DNA of 64,000 nucleotides from Naegleria gruberi (GCA_000004985.1 GG738926.1); one strand, 5' to 3'; numbered from the stretch's first letter, positions 22,430-35,116 are shown. Translations and numbers: made by a program. The notes: generated by a model from the letters alone, not told the origin.

Positions 22430-25400
22430 ATGCGAACAATTTTTGTGATATGCATTGCTGTTGTGGCATGGTTTATTCTTCTCTTTCTAACAAGTGAAAT
22501 CCACTGTCAAACTGTCAAGTATTCATTCACTGTTTATCAGAAGGATTTGTCAGGGCCATATTGTGCAGCAAAATCTCCAAATAGTGATGCTGTATACATG
22601 TCTGAATATAGTGGACATCGTGTGAAGAAGAAATCCTATCTAGGTCTTGTTGTTATTGCAGGAACAGGATATGAGGGTTTTAATGGTGACATTTTGGCCA
22701 AACAGGCCAAACTGGATAATCCTGGAGGTGTTCTAGAATATAACAATGAGCTGTATATTATGGACTATGGAAATAATAGAGTGAGAAAGATTAACAGTGA
22801 AGGTGTTCTGGTAACAATTGCTGGAACTGGTACACGATCTTCAGCAGGTGACAGTAAGTTTTATTTCACACAATTGAATAGACATTCTTTCTTCTTGGCA
22901 TCATAATCTCACACATTAAAGATGGTGCAGCTACTTCAGCATCTCTCAATGGACCTTGGGGTATTCATATACCAAGCAATGGAGATATATACATTACAGA
23001 ATATGTCGGAAATAAGATAAGAAAGATTAGTGCATCTGATAATAAGATTTACCTGGGTAAGTGTTTTCAAAGATTATTGTTTATTCATTCCGAAATAATT
23101 AGTGGCTGGAACAGGATCATATGATTTTTCTGGAGATGGTGGCAATGCTGTTAGTGCAAAATTGAAGAGCCCTTGGAGTGTCTTTGTAAATGCAATTGGT
23201 GAAATATTTATTGCTGATACGGATAATGACAGAATTAGAAAAATTGCAACAAATGGAATTATAACAACTATTGCTGGCTCTGGATCGAGTACTAGTGATG
23301 GAGTTCTAGCAACTACAGCTTCTTTGAAAAAACCAACCTCTGTCTTTATTTCACCAGCAAATGAACTATTCATTGCAGGTATGTGTTTTCACAATTTCAT
23401 TAATGAATTTTAACATGTCTATTAGAGGCTGATGGTGGTAGAATCAGAAAGGTCGATCTGTCAACAATGAAAATTTACACAGTTACTAGTTCACTGAATT
23501 ATCCAACATTTGCATTTGTTGCTGAAAATAGTGATCTATATATTACAGAGAAAAACAACAACCAAATCAGACTTGGAACAGCTTATTGTGATAGTGGTTA
23601 TCAAATTAATTCGAATGGAACTATTTGTAATCCAGTGTGTAATTCACAAATTGGAAGAGCTGGATGCAGTAATCATGGATCATGTACTAGTCCTAATACT
23701 TGTACATGTGATACTGGTTATACATTATCTGACTGTTCTCAACCTATTTGTTATGGAAAATATGGAAGTACTGCTTGTAGTGGAGCAAATCAAGGAACTT
23801 GCTCTGCTCCAGATACTTGTCAATGTAAGAATGGATTTTCTGGAAGTGATTGTAGTGTTTATTATTGTGGAGGGGTTGTTGCAAGCTCAGCAGGTGTCTG
23901 TTCAGGTAAAGGAACATGCTCTGCTCCAGAAACTTGTTCTTGCCAAACAGATTACGTTGGATCAGTATGTCAATATCCTGTGTGTAACAGCATTCCTTCA
24001 AATAACCCAAATGTTTGCAGTGGTGGTGGTACATGTACTTCTCCAAATTCATGCCAATGCTTTACAAACTATTCAGGAACTCAATGTCAGTACACTACTT
24101 GTTCTGGAATAGATAGTACCAATTCGAATGTGTGCTCTGGTAGAGGAAGTTGTGCAAAATATAATAATTGCACATGCACAGCCAACTTCTTTGGCTCAAA
24201 TTGTGAGCTCACTCAATGTTATGGAATTATTTCAAATTCAGCTTCCACATGCGCTTCACATGGTAGATGTGATGGCTACAATAAGTGTACATGTGATTCT
24301 AATTATTTTGGATTGGACTGTAGTGTAACAAGTTGTTATGGAGTGTGGAGTAATACTTCTAGTGTTTGTACTGCACCAAACAGAGGTACTTGCAATTCCT
24401 ACAATAATTGTACCTGTACAAACTCGTATTATGGAACTCAATGTCAAGATTATGATTGCTTTGGAATTAACAAATCTAATAGCTCAGTATGTTCTGGTAA
24501 AGGAGCATGTTCTGCACCAAATACTTGTTTGTGCTCTGATTCTAATTACTCTGGTTCTAATTGTGATGCAGCTGTGTGTTATGGAATTTCAGCAAATGAC
24601 TCTAGAGTTTGTTCTGGATCAAGAGGTGCCTGTAACTCTCCAAACACTTGCTCATGTTTTTCAAATTATTTTGGACCTCAATGTCAATATACACAATGTT
24701 ATGGTATTGACAGTTCCAACACAACTCATGTTTGTTCTGGTAGAGGTACTTGTTCTGATTTCAATAAGTGTGTTTGTAAAGATGGATACTATGGATCCAA
24801 TTGTCAACTCAGCAAGTGTTTTGGAGTTTTATCAAATAGCTCAAATGTTTGCTCAGGTCACGGAACTTGTTCGGATACAGATACTTGTAATTGTGATTCT
24901 AATTATTCAGGTAAAAATTGTGATATTACATCATGTTATGGAACCTCAAGTACAAATCCACTGGCATGTTCATCTCATGGCTTTTGCTCGTCCTATAATA
25001 ATTGCACCTGTTCATCAAACTATTACAGCCAACAATGTCAAGAGTTCAATTGTTTTGGTGTGAATAAGGCATCTACAAGTGTATGTTCTGGTCATGGTAC
25101 TTGTTCAGATATTGATACATGCTCCTGTACAGGAAACTGGATTGGAGGAAATTGTAATCTCACAACCTGTAATGGTGTTTGGAATTATAATTCATCTGTT
25201 TGTTCTGGAAACGGTGTTTGCTCATCTCTGAATAATTGTACATGTAATGTAGGATATTATGGTGCTAATTGTGATTCCTTTGATTGTTTTGGATCTGTAT
25301 TTACAAACGAAGGTATTTGTGCAAACAATGGTTCTTGTACAGGTCCTGGTGTTTGTTCCTGTATTGATGGATATTCTGGATCTCGCTGCCAATATCCTAT

Positions 25401-28400
25401 TTGTTATGGCATTAGTGGTGGTAGCTCAAGTGTCTGTTCTGGAAATGGACAATGTATTGATAGGAATATATGTTCGTGCAGTGCTGGATGGACTGAAAAC
25501 ACTTGTAATGTGACAACATGTTCTGGTAAAAGAAGTGATAATTCATTAGTTTGCAGCTCTCAAGGTTCATGTGTGGGACCAGATAATTGTTATTGTAACA
25601 AAGGTTACACTGGACCTAATTGTGAATTTAATGTCTGTTATGGAAAGAGTCAGAATGATTCTTCAGTTTGTTTAGGCAGAGGTAAATGTTTGAAACCAGG
25701 CGAATGTACTTGTAATACTGGATTTAGAGGTACAGAATGTCAATATTATCAAATTGATTTTGATGAGAAATTGGCCACTCTCAAGCCAACCCTAACTTCA
25801 GTTCTACAATATTCATACCTTTTCAATGGAACATGTGAAACCTTATTCGAAAGTAGTGATTTACCAATAATTGGTGAATCTCCAATATGTTTATGGGATA
25901 GTAGCAAGATGATTATTTATTTAGGTTTTGGAACTCATCTTCAAACTGGCAATTTACTAAGAGTGAAGAATAGCAACTTAGCATTCTTTGTTGATACAAG
26001 CAACTCTCTTTCCTATACTGGATCTGGTATTACGCTCAAGAAATTGATGACAAATGTTCCAACAAGTAATCCTTTACCTCTTAGACCTATTGTTGATAGC
26101 AATTTCCAATCCTACACCAATTTCTCAAGTTTAGTTTGGTCATGTATTAGTTGTTCTACAAGTTTGAATGATTACTTGAAATCTCAACAACGTGAATATC
26201 TCTACATTCCTCCATCCTACTTGAAATCTCTATCAGCATTATATCTGCAATTAGCAGTCTCAAATTTTGCTTCTAATTCCAAAGTTGCAAGTCTTTCATT
26301 TACGTTTTCTCAATCAGCTGCTCCTAATCTTGATTTAATTACTGACCTGAATAGTGATTCACAAATTTCTTGCACAGGATATGACTGTATTATAGAAACA
26401 GAACCAATTGGTTATGGAAACAATGCAGGATTATTCTTAGGTTCATACCCATCAATCAAATACAATGTCTACCTGTCCAGATTTTTCTACACAGACAGCA
26501 GTGGCATTTTGGGAAGTGGATCTACTACTGGAAGTGTCTTGCTATTGGCCAAACATACACAATCCACAACTTCAAAAGATTTCTTCATTCAATATTCATT
26601 CAATGCCTATGAAAATAAGCTTCCTGTTGTTATTTCAGCAACAAATCCTGTCTTTTCTCCTTCATCTTTCATTAGATTTAAGGCAACAATCTTCAATCCA
26701 ATGGTATTCGTGAAAACCGTTCAAGATACATATTATCTTTGGAAACTCTTCAAATTTGACGAAACAGGAAAAGCTAAACAAATGAGCACTGAAATTTACA
26801 TTGATCTGAATTATGATGAAGTAGTTGTACAGAGAGAATTGGAGGCAGGTACATATTTAGTGAGTCTTAATGCAGTAGCTGCTTATGGATCTACTCTCAT
26901 GAATACTACCTTTACTGTATTGAACACAACAGATAGATTGGCTTCCATCAGTTTTTCTCCTGTGCCAACAATAGTTTCAATTTCAGAAGATTTGACAATT
27001 ACTGCAACAATTAATGGAACCATAACATCATTTGAATGGATTCAAATTTCTGGAAGGATAAAACCATTGTGCTCTTTGCAAAAAGTAACAACACAACCAA
27101 GTGAAAATATTACACAAAGCGAATTGACTATAACCAGAGATTGTCTTTTTGAAGGTGAAATTTATATATTCAAGGTTGTTGCTAACAATTCAAATGGCAT
27201 TTCGTCTTCAGCTGAAATTCAAACTCAAACAGATATCTCACCAAGTATTCATTGTGATTTTTATTCTACATCTGAAGATGGCTCTTTCGTTGCATTGGAC
27301 AGCACCTTGCTAATGACATGTAGAAATGGAGCTAAGGATACTATCAAATCTTACACAGTTGAAATTCATTATAATGGAGAAAGAAAGTTTATTGTTTCCA
27401 ATACTCAAAAGAGAAACCTCTATTTTAGAATGCCTTATCTAATTGAAGGAAGCCAATTGGTTGTCAGAGGTCTCAATTTTTATAATACTGAAGTCATTTA
27501 CAGAAAGAATTTAACATCAACTCTGACTTCTACTGACAAGGTTCAACTCTTTATTGATGGTTATAATAGTATTACAACTAGTGAAACAACAAGTTATTTT
27601 GGAGCTATTAATTCTTTAAATTCTCTCTTGACATTATTTGAATACCAACAATTTGATTCGCTTGAAAATAAGAACTCTCTCCAAACTACTTTGAAATCCA
27701 TGCTCAGCCTAATCTCTAATCTGAGAGCTACTGGTGTCAATGTTGATGACAAACTCACTGCTCTCTTACTTCCTCCAGTGTATAGAATTCACAAATACTT
27801 GGATAGTATTAATGGAACTAGATCAAGTGATGATTGGAGAGTTGATGATCTCCTTTCTTGGACATCTTACTTTACTGAGTCTATTCTCAACACCCTTCAA
27901 TACTATTACTCAACTCAATGGAAATTCCTTATTGATCAAATTCATTTGAATGAATTGGATGAACTTATCGAACTTGGATCGAGTATGAATTCTGAAAAAT
28001 TTGTTCTCGTTCAAGTTCAATATGAATTATTAACAGATAGCTTGAATGGAGTCGCATCTAAGAAATCACAAACACAGCTCTCTAATGGTATCTTGCTAAG
28101 AGAAAAATTGGACTCTGTCGATTCATTGAGAAGTCACATTATTAACTTGTACTATTCCAACACTAATGTTTCGATTCAATTCCCATCTGATGTTGCTGAT
28201 ACTTTAGCTTTTGGAGATACAACCACAGATAATTCACTCAATTCATTTGTTAAAGTTTCCAAGACTACAAACTCAAAGATTATTGGTGTCATGACAAGTG
28301 TCAATATTCAAACTCAAAAATTCAAAGAATTGGAAATCCAAAACCTTACCACCTCCATCAATATTGCATTCACAGGCTCTCAATATCCTTCCTCCAATGT

Positions 28401-29786
28401 AACTTGCAAATATTACAATTCCTCATCTCAAGAATGGCTCACTAATGGTGTTCAAACTTTGATTTCTTCTTCCAATAATTTGGTTACCATTTCTTGCTTG
28501 ACAAATCACCTTACAACATTTGCAGTTTTCAAGAATGATATTATTTACATTCCACCTACAAATTCTACTACTAATGGCGTACAAACTTCTGATCCAGCTC
28601 TTGCAATTGCTCTTGGAATTATTCTTCCACTTTTGGCAATTGCAATAATTATTGTAATAATTATCATTGTTGTGATTCTGGTATTGAGATATAGAAAGAA
28701 GAAACTTTCCTCTGAAGTTTCCAATACTTCAGCCATTGAACTGAGAAATGAAAATAAGAGAGGATTATTCGATACTGACATTTCAGACTTCCCTTCAGAA
28801 GCAAGTGTCTATTTCAAACATTTGAATTCTTCCTCAATGGCTTCAACTGTTTCTTCCACATCTTCTTCTAATGATCCATTCTCTCGTTACAAGGACATGG
28901 TTAAAATTGGAGAAGGTGCTTTTGGTTCAGTCTTTAAAGTTATTGACACTAAAAATAACAATAAGGTGAAAGCCATCAAAGTTATTCGATACAAATCAGT
29001 GGAAGAATTAAACTCCATGATGAAAGAAGGAACTCAATTAATGAACATTAGCCATCCAAACATTCTCAAAGTGAATGATTTCTTTGTGGAAAAGGACAAT
29101 TTACTATGTATTGACATGGATTTCTATCCACAAGGTGATTTGAGTACCTTAATCAACCAACAGGAAGATTGTAAAGAAGTACACATCAAGCAAATTATTT
29201 ATCAAATGTGTCATGCTTTGCATTTCATTCACAATGATTTGAAATTAATTCACAGGTAAGTTTTTTAAGTTTTTTTATGGAATTTCAACAACAAATTCAA
29301 TTCACAGAGATGTCAAACCTTCAAATATTTTCATCAAGGTATTAAACGGAAATGTCATCCATACAGTATTGGCAGACTTTGGTTTAGCAAAGGATAATAA
29401 GAATTCAGCAAGTATGAGCTTTGCTGGTACTCCACTCTGTAAGTATTTTCATAACTGTCAAAATTCATAAACATCAAATAGACATGAGCCCAGAATTGGC
29501 ATTAGGAGGTAAATATTATGCCAACACAGATGAATACTCTCTCGGAGTGACTGTCTATCAATTAATTACCAAAGACACCATGACTGCCATCAGTCACTTG
29601 TACATGTCAAAAGACGCAAAAGAAGTACAAACTCTTACACGAAAACGTTTGAAGGAGAGTGGTGATTATTCTGATAGATTAATCGATATCTGTCTACAAA
29701 TGTTGGAAAAGGATAACTGTGCACGTCCATACGCTCAAGATATTTTGGAAAATTCATACTTTAATGATATTAGAAAGATTAGATAA
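22430..29786 (+). CDS. Large type-I receptor protein kinase, ~2366 aa, six exons: signal peptide, NHL-repeat β-propeller, ~19 tandem tenascin-type EGF repeats, ~900-aa Ser/Thr/Asn-rich ectodomain, GPS (GAIN-type autoproteolysis) motif, TM helix, protein kinase
   Basis: Exons: 22430..22853, 22922..23056, 23103..23378, 23426..29255, 29308..29438, 29482..29786. Phases checked: total 7101 nt = 2367 codons. NHL motifs: LYIMDYGNNRVRKIN, IYITEYVGNKIRKIS, IFIADTDNDRIRKIA, ADGGRIRKVD. EGF units follow C..G….S.VCSG.G.C…..C.C…Y.G..C. GPS motif LVTISCLTNHLTTFAVF at ~28488..28530 (C-x-C-x-HL|T-x-FAV). TM helix AIALGIILPLLAIAIIIVIIIIVVILVL. Kinase motifs IGEGAFGSVFKV, KAIK, IHR|DVKPSNIF (split by intron), DFGLAK, GTPL|YMSPE (split by intron). 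Confidence 0.8.
23590..25745 (+). repeat. In-frame tandem array of ~19 EGF-like (tenascin-type) coding repeats, ~96–102 bp each, inside exon 4 of the receptor gene
   Basis: Periodic cysteine spacing C(T/S/Q)C…(N/G)(Y/F)(Y/F/S)G..C(Q/D/E/N) repeated ~19 times. Other reading frames across this array yield long spurious ORFs (23510..24112, 24338..25063 and others). Confidence 0.7.
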
Positions 29787-30033
29787 CATGTTATTGAATA
29801 AACCAACACAATATTAGTAATATTTGTCATGATATCAAAATTTGCCAGGCTGTGTTGTGTTAAAACATCAACAATATTGTTGATGACATTTTGACGGTTG
29901 AAAGATATCATCTCACACACAAAACATATCATCACGAAATACAACAATTATCATCATCACAATACAACAACAATCAACAACTAAATTATATTTAAAAAGC
30001 TATTTTATTCTTCTGCACAAGTTTGCATCAAAA

Positions 30034-30273
30034 TTATTGAGAAGCTTGATAAATCTTGAAACCCCACCAGATGGACCAGAACCAACCGATCAAGAAATAG
30101 GCCAAGATGAATTGGAGAATACCAACAATAATAGCTGGTGACTTCTTTTCAGCTTCTTGAGTCAAAACACCGGCAATGACGGTACCCCAACCTGGGAAGA
30201 AGATGTTCAAGATCAAGACGATCAAACCCATGGAGGATTCGACCTTTGGAGTGGAGTTGTTAATCATGTCCAT
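30034..30273 (-). CDS. Small (79 aa) two-helix membrane protein with a Trp-rich C-terminal helix (GWFWSIWWG)
   Basis: ATG at 30273. Hydrophobic segments LIVLILNIFFPGWGTVIAGVL and IIVGILQFILAYFLIGWFWSIWWGF. Family not confidently recognised; Pmp3/UPF0057-like size and topology. Confidence 0.45.
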   Translation of the reverse strand: MDMINNSTPKVESSMGLIVLILNIFFPGWGTVIAGVLTQEAEKKSPAIIVGILQFILAYFLIGWFWSIWWGFKIYQASQ

Positions 30274-30600
30274 TTTGAATTAGTTTTGTTGTTTTTTTTT
30301 GTGAATAGCAAATTGAGTTGAAATTTTTATTCGAAAGGTTGAAAAGGTTTTTGGGGGCGGTCAGTGAGATGGAGAGACTTCGCTTGGTGTTCATTGTTGG
30401 GTAACGGAAGTTCCAGTAAAAAGGTGTTTGTAATGATTGTAAACGATAATGAGAGATTTTGATTGGACGAAAGGAAGCGAATATTTAGGAAATATTTATC
30501 TGATTTGATTACTCTGTGTAATCGGAAGAAAGTTTTCTACGGAAACGAATGCTACCATTAATAGGAGTTGTTACGGTGACTTGTATTAGGTTTAGATATT

Positions 30601-30672
30601 GATATTAATAATAATAATAATAAGAATAATATTAAGAATGATATTTATTTAATATAATAATAATAATAATAT
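30601..30672. repeat. AAT/ATA microsatellite-rich stretch
   Basis: Reads gatattaataataataataataagaataatattaagaatgatatttatttaatataataataataataat. Confidence 0.5.
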
Positions 30673-31718
30673 TCGGGTGATGATGAAGGTGAGAAGAAAA
30701 AGTTTGATGAGGAGAAAAGGAAAAATAAAAAAGGCGGGAGATTGAAAGGTAATTGAATCATGAAGAGGAAATAATTAATTGATAGGAAAGAATCGTTTGA
30801 TTATACACTGAATCAGAAATTTACAACCATCAAGTTCGACTTGAATGAAATGGATGCAGAAAAAATCTAAAGTGACAATTCTTAATTGTGTGGAAAATTT
30901 CGTTTACATGCCCTTTCATCCTGATTCTTAAGCACATGTGGAGATGCAGAAACAATTGAGAATTATGAATTTTGTTGTGGATACAATTCTTGTAAATTAC
31001 AGATTGAAAATAACTAAATCAAGAAACTAACTTTACTATTCTATTTTGAGAATGAAATTGTATTTTTTAAAGAATGAAGTCTGAAAAGAGAGAACTAGAA
31101 AACATGATGGTACAAATTTGATAATATGACAAGGCCACACCCTTTGACAACATTGAGATAATACCAATCAGAAAAACTAACTTTGAAACATCTCCACCTT
31201 AACTCCATCTCTACTACCAATTGAAAGAAATTACAACTGTAGATGATTTTTTAAGCAATGGACTGATTTGTGCTCGTTCACCATTACCAAAATATCACCT
31301 GTCTCAATAACAATAATGCAATATTTCAAAAGGACAAATAGAGAGATTACAGTCATTGATGGGAACTTAATTCTCAAACACCAACATGTGACATTAATAG
31401 AGATTGACAACCATTCTAACCTATCAAACTAACCTCATACTTGGAGAAATTGCATAGACAGATAACCAAGACTAAAAGGAAAATTTTGGAAGGTTGCTTA
31501 ATTTCTGTTTTAAAATTCCCAACTTGGCCTTATCGTTCATTAACCACACTAGTAGTGAGCTCCTATTACGATGTAAACGTCGAATGTCAGCACTAATTGT
31601 TAGTAAGGAAACTTTTATTTAGCCTATCTATGGATTTAATTACAAAAGTAAATTTACAGAATTGTAAGGATGCTCCAAAATTGTTTTTTTAAATGTTTTA
31701 TTTACACGCGTATGGTTT

Positions 31719-33315
31719 TTAAGGTACAGTTACATTCGATGACTTCTTTCTCTGGTATTCTTCATACCAATTTCTGTTGAGCTTCAAGTTTTCTTCGACA
31801 GCTCTCATGTATTGGAAGTGATCGTTAATCTTGGTTGTATCTATTGATTTGGTTCCATTCTCTGTCTTGAGAGCTAGCAAAGTTTCAAAACCGTTTTGTA
31901 ATTGTTTGCTTCTCTTCTTCCAAATTCTATTCAGTACAATATCAGAATCCATGATAACGTGAAGATCTGTATAAACAGTGTGGATGAATCTTGTTGAACG
32001 ATCACCCATTCTATAGAACATGTAATTAAAAAGAATTTCAGCATCAACACGATCCTTTCTTGCAGGTCTGAGTGTTTCTTCAATATCACAAGTATGTCCA
32101 ATATTCATGTAACAATTAATGGAAGGATCGTAAACAGAAGTCATGGTATGAGGCAAATCTCTATTCTTTAAAAGTGGAATGTGCATATCAATACCAAGAG
32201 CTCCAATTTGAAGAGCAAGTGGTGGATTGTCAACTGTATAATTCTCATCTCTATCTATTACATCTCTCATCGAGGAAGTTGTAATGTTTCTCTTCTCAAT
32301 TGCTTCTGGAGATGGTGGAATATATCTGAGTAATTTAAAGTCCTTCATCAAGGTTTCATCAAGTGTAAATCTTGTATCCATATCACAATAGGTAGCCCAA
32401 ACATCTTCAACTGCGTAAGGCAAATGCATTACAAGTTTGAACAGTTTCATACCCTTCATTCTATCCTGACCTATCACATAGGATGTCTTGGAGACAAAGG
32501 TTTGAAGCATGTTTGGTTTTTCACTATAGGTCAATTCTTTCCAATCAGGTGTGTCTTCAGCAAGAGTATAGGCAAAGAAAACGTCCTTCTCAGTCATGAG
32601 TTGTGACTTGAAATCGTTTGGTTTAAATCTTACATCAACACTGTAACCATTAGAAACGTTCAAAGCAATTGAACGAGTAAATTCTTCTCCCTTCTTCCAC
32701 AAGAAGCTAATCAACAAGTGAGATCTAGCATATCTAGGAAATTGATCATACTATTATTATTATTATTGGTTAATATCTCTATAACAATTATTCTAAACTT
32801 ACCTTCAGATCAAGAACTACATGTGAGACAATTCTATCAAAAAGTTCGAAAGGATCCAACAATGAAATCAATCCCAGAGGTTTCATATCATTCTGACTTA
32901 TCAGTGTAGTAAGTCTATCGAAGATATCCAATGTTGGTTGATAGGTTGGCTTGCTGAGATTCAATTCCTTTGGTTTTCCTCCACCAATATATGTATCAAT
33001 AATATTCTTCAAAGCATCAACGACAACACTCATCAATTTAATGCACTGTGTATCGAATTCCTTGTTTTGCAACTCTCCAGTCTCTGATCCTGGAGAAATA
33101 CATGTATTGGTGTATTGAGTAATTTGCTCCTTTGTCTTTTTATATAAAGTTCTATAGGCATCGACATCATTCAGGAAGAGAATTGGTTCTTCATTGTGTG
33201 CTTGTTTTAAAAATTCATGAAAGTTATCCCTAGCTTCAGAAACTTTCATCAACTCTTCATAGACAACCATATAATTGTCAGTATTAAACTTGTTAGCCTT
33301 CCTAGACATATTCAA
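31719..33315 (-). CDS. Hypothetical ~495-aa protein, two exons; no family recognised
   Basis: Exon 1 is 33315..32803 (MSRKANKF…VLDLK), with donor GTAAGT read on the minus strand. The intron ends either at tttcctag (which forces a stop) or, more plausibly, at …tgtggaag. Exon 2 is ~32693..31719 (KGEEFTRSIALNVSNGYSVDV…), phase 0. The acceptor position is inferred to avoid an in-frame TAG and is uncertain to within ±3 nt. Confidence 0.45.
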
Positions 33316-34187
33316 CTATTATCTATATTCGATTCTTCAATAAATTAAATGAAATTCTTTAGCAGCAATAACAAAAGAGTATGTTCGTGCCCGTGATAAT
33401 GTTTGCTGCACAATCTTCCGTAATGTAAAGAGTCAAATTGCGCTCTTTTTGTTTTTTTTAAAGTGTTGTTTTGCCCATTTTGCGTCGTGTTGAAGTTTTG
33501 ATGATCTTTGTCAAGCAACCAACAAAAAAACAACAAAACGGCGGAAAATGATGGCGCTGAAAGCTAGGGAACGAAGCGTGGTGGAGGGAAAATATCGAAA
33601 ATGACGCCAACACGTTGAATGGATTTTGGCAGTGAAATTGGATGCTTAACGAATTGTGTTTGTGACGGCTGTGGAAAGTGTTGAAAATCAGTGATGGATG
33701 ACATTTTTGGGTGAGTCTTTGTTTGGGAAGACATGGATTAATATGGTTAACTGTTACGCAATGTAAGATTATATCAAAATATCAGTTGATAGAGCTCAAA
33801 AGTAGTAGGGAATGGATTAATACAACCATGTATCTATGTTTTTAAAACGAAACCTTACAATATTTCACAATTTTTTATATTGAATTTCAAGATTGACCAA
33901 ATTTTTGTAAACTCTCATTTTCCCACCAAATTGTGATAATAATTGTGCTGTTAGGGAAGGTCGCATAAACAATACGAAAGTCTCTTCGTGGGGTGAAGAA
34001 ACCACCAAAAAAAATGTCTCTAATCATTCCAATACTTTGTCAACTGGCTTACATTCCTTTTATTTACTGGTTCGTAGAGTTGGCACAGAATAATTTATAC
34101 CTCAAACTCACTGGAGCGTAAGTTGTTAAATTTTCACAATGATATATATTAATATATGCCAAATGTCATCTTTGACACTTCATCATC

Positions 34188-34655
34188 ATGATGATATTTG
34201 ATTGTGTGGAACCAAACAACGCGCGTTTTGACAGTTACGGATGGATCTACCCAACCTCAGAATACAATTACTTTGAATTTGCTTCCATCAAATCGTGGGC
34301 AATTTTACCAATTTTATTTTGGTCAATTTATTACTTTTTCTTACTTCCAAAGAAGATCAATATCTGGTTGGGTTTTTTTATTAATGGAACAGCTGGTTAC
34401 ATTACTGAATTCATTGTTGGATATGTTTCGTCTGTAATCTTTCACGAAACTATGCAATATTGGCCTAATTCTAGATTTGCTTTTGTTGGAGGTTTGGGTT
34501 GTTATTTGTTGTGGCAATTTGATGCCATGCTTTACTATTTGTTAGTGTTCAAGATGCCAAACATTTTGATAAAGAGTTTAGAATCGTATAGTGAAAATAC
34601 GAAATCAGTTTCTAGTGGAGGCTCCACTGCTAAGGTTCATCAAGTTAATCATTGA
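34188..34655 (+). CDS. Multi-pass membrane protein of unknown family; a possible additional 5' exon lies at 34007..34110
   Basis: ORF with 3–4 hydrophobic helices (WAILPILFWSIYYFFLL, IWLGFFINGTAGYITEFIVGYVSSVIF, FAFVGGLGCYLLWQF…LLVF). Upstream, ATG 34007…ACTGGAGC|GTAAGT (hydrophobic MSLIIPILCQLAYIPFIYWFVELAQ…) could splice to TTTTGACAG|TTACGG at 34238 in frame. Confidence 0.45.
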   Translation: MMIFDCVEPNNARFDSYGWIYPTSEYNYFEFASIKSWAILPILFWSIYYFFLLPKKINIWLGFFINGTAGYITEFIVGYVSSVIFHETMQYWPNSRFAFVGGLGCYLLWQFDAMLYYLLVFKMPNILIKSLESYSENTKSVSSGGSTAKVHQVNH

Positions 34656-34943
34656 TGAAAATGAGATGAATAAATAATCTATTGATTATTGTGAAAGTTT
34701 GTAACAAACCTTTCGTTTAGTTTTGGAAATAAATGGCGGAAAGGCTTCGATATCTTTTAGTAAAATCTGCCGAGCGTTTTGTTCATTTCAATCCAGATAA
34801 TTCAAATACCGGTATCCTCTTCCATCTTTATCATTTAATTCAGAAAGAAAAGTTTGGTTTGTGTTAAAGAATGCAACTGTCAGTTAGTAAGCTAATAGTT
34901 AATATTTATATTTACAAAAAGTTAATATTCATACTGAAATGTA

Positions 34944-35016
34944 GCCCGTCTAGCTCAGTCGGTAGAGCGCAAGGCTCTTAACCTTGTGGTCGTGGGTTCG
35001 ACCCCCACGGTGGGCG
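34944..35016 (+). tRNA. tRNA-Lys (anticodon CUU), copy A
   Basis: GCCCGTC-TA-GCTC-AGTCGGTA-GAGC-G-CAAGG-CTCTTAA-CCTTG-TGGTC-GTGGG-TTCGACC-CCCAC-GGTGGGC-G. Canonical eukaryotic tRNA-Lys(CUU) architecture. A T-rich tract follows (attctcttttttctctttttt). Confidence 0.9.
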
Positions 35017-35116
35017 ATTCTCTTTTTTCTCTTTTTTCTCTTTTGAAAAGAATAGTTTAATTTTTGGAGATATGAACTTTGCAAATATTGAGCTATTGAT
35101 ATGTAGCTTTTGAAAA

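Noticed and set aside
23510-25513. Long ORFs in alternate frames and on the opposite strand across the EGF-repeat array (23510..24112, 23744..24052(-), 24128..24328, 24256..24447(-), 24338..25063, 25259..25513)
   Set aside because: They are artefacts of the periodic, Cys-codon-rich repeat DNA. The frame +1 reading gives a coherent EGF/GPS/kinase protein, whereas these translate to low-complexity V/L/I-rich strings with no motifs.
31719-32717. Idea that the 31719..33315 product is a Mab-21/cGAS-like nucleotidyltransferase (G-Y-S-V-D-V…KPNDF resembling GS…[DE]h[DE]h)
   Set aside because: The resemblance is too weak (second acidic residue absent, no downstream catalytic Asp pattern identified by eye), so it is kept as a hypothetical protein.
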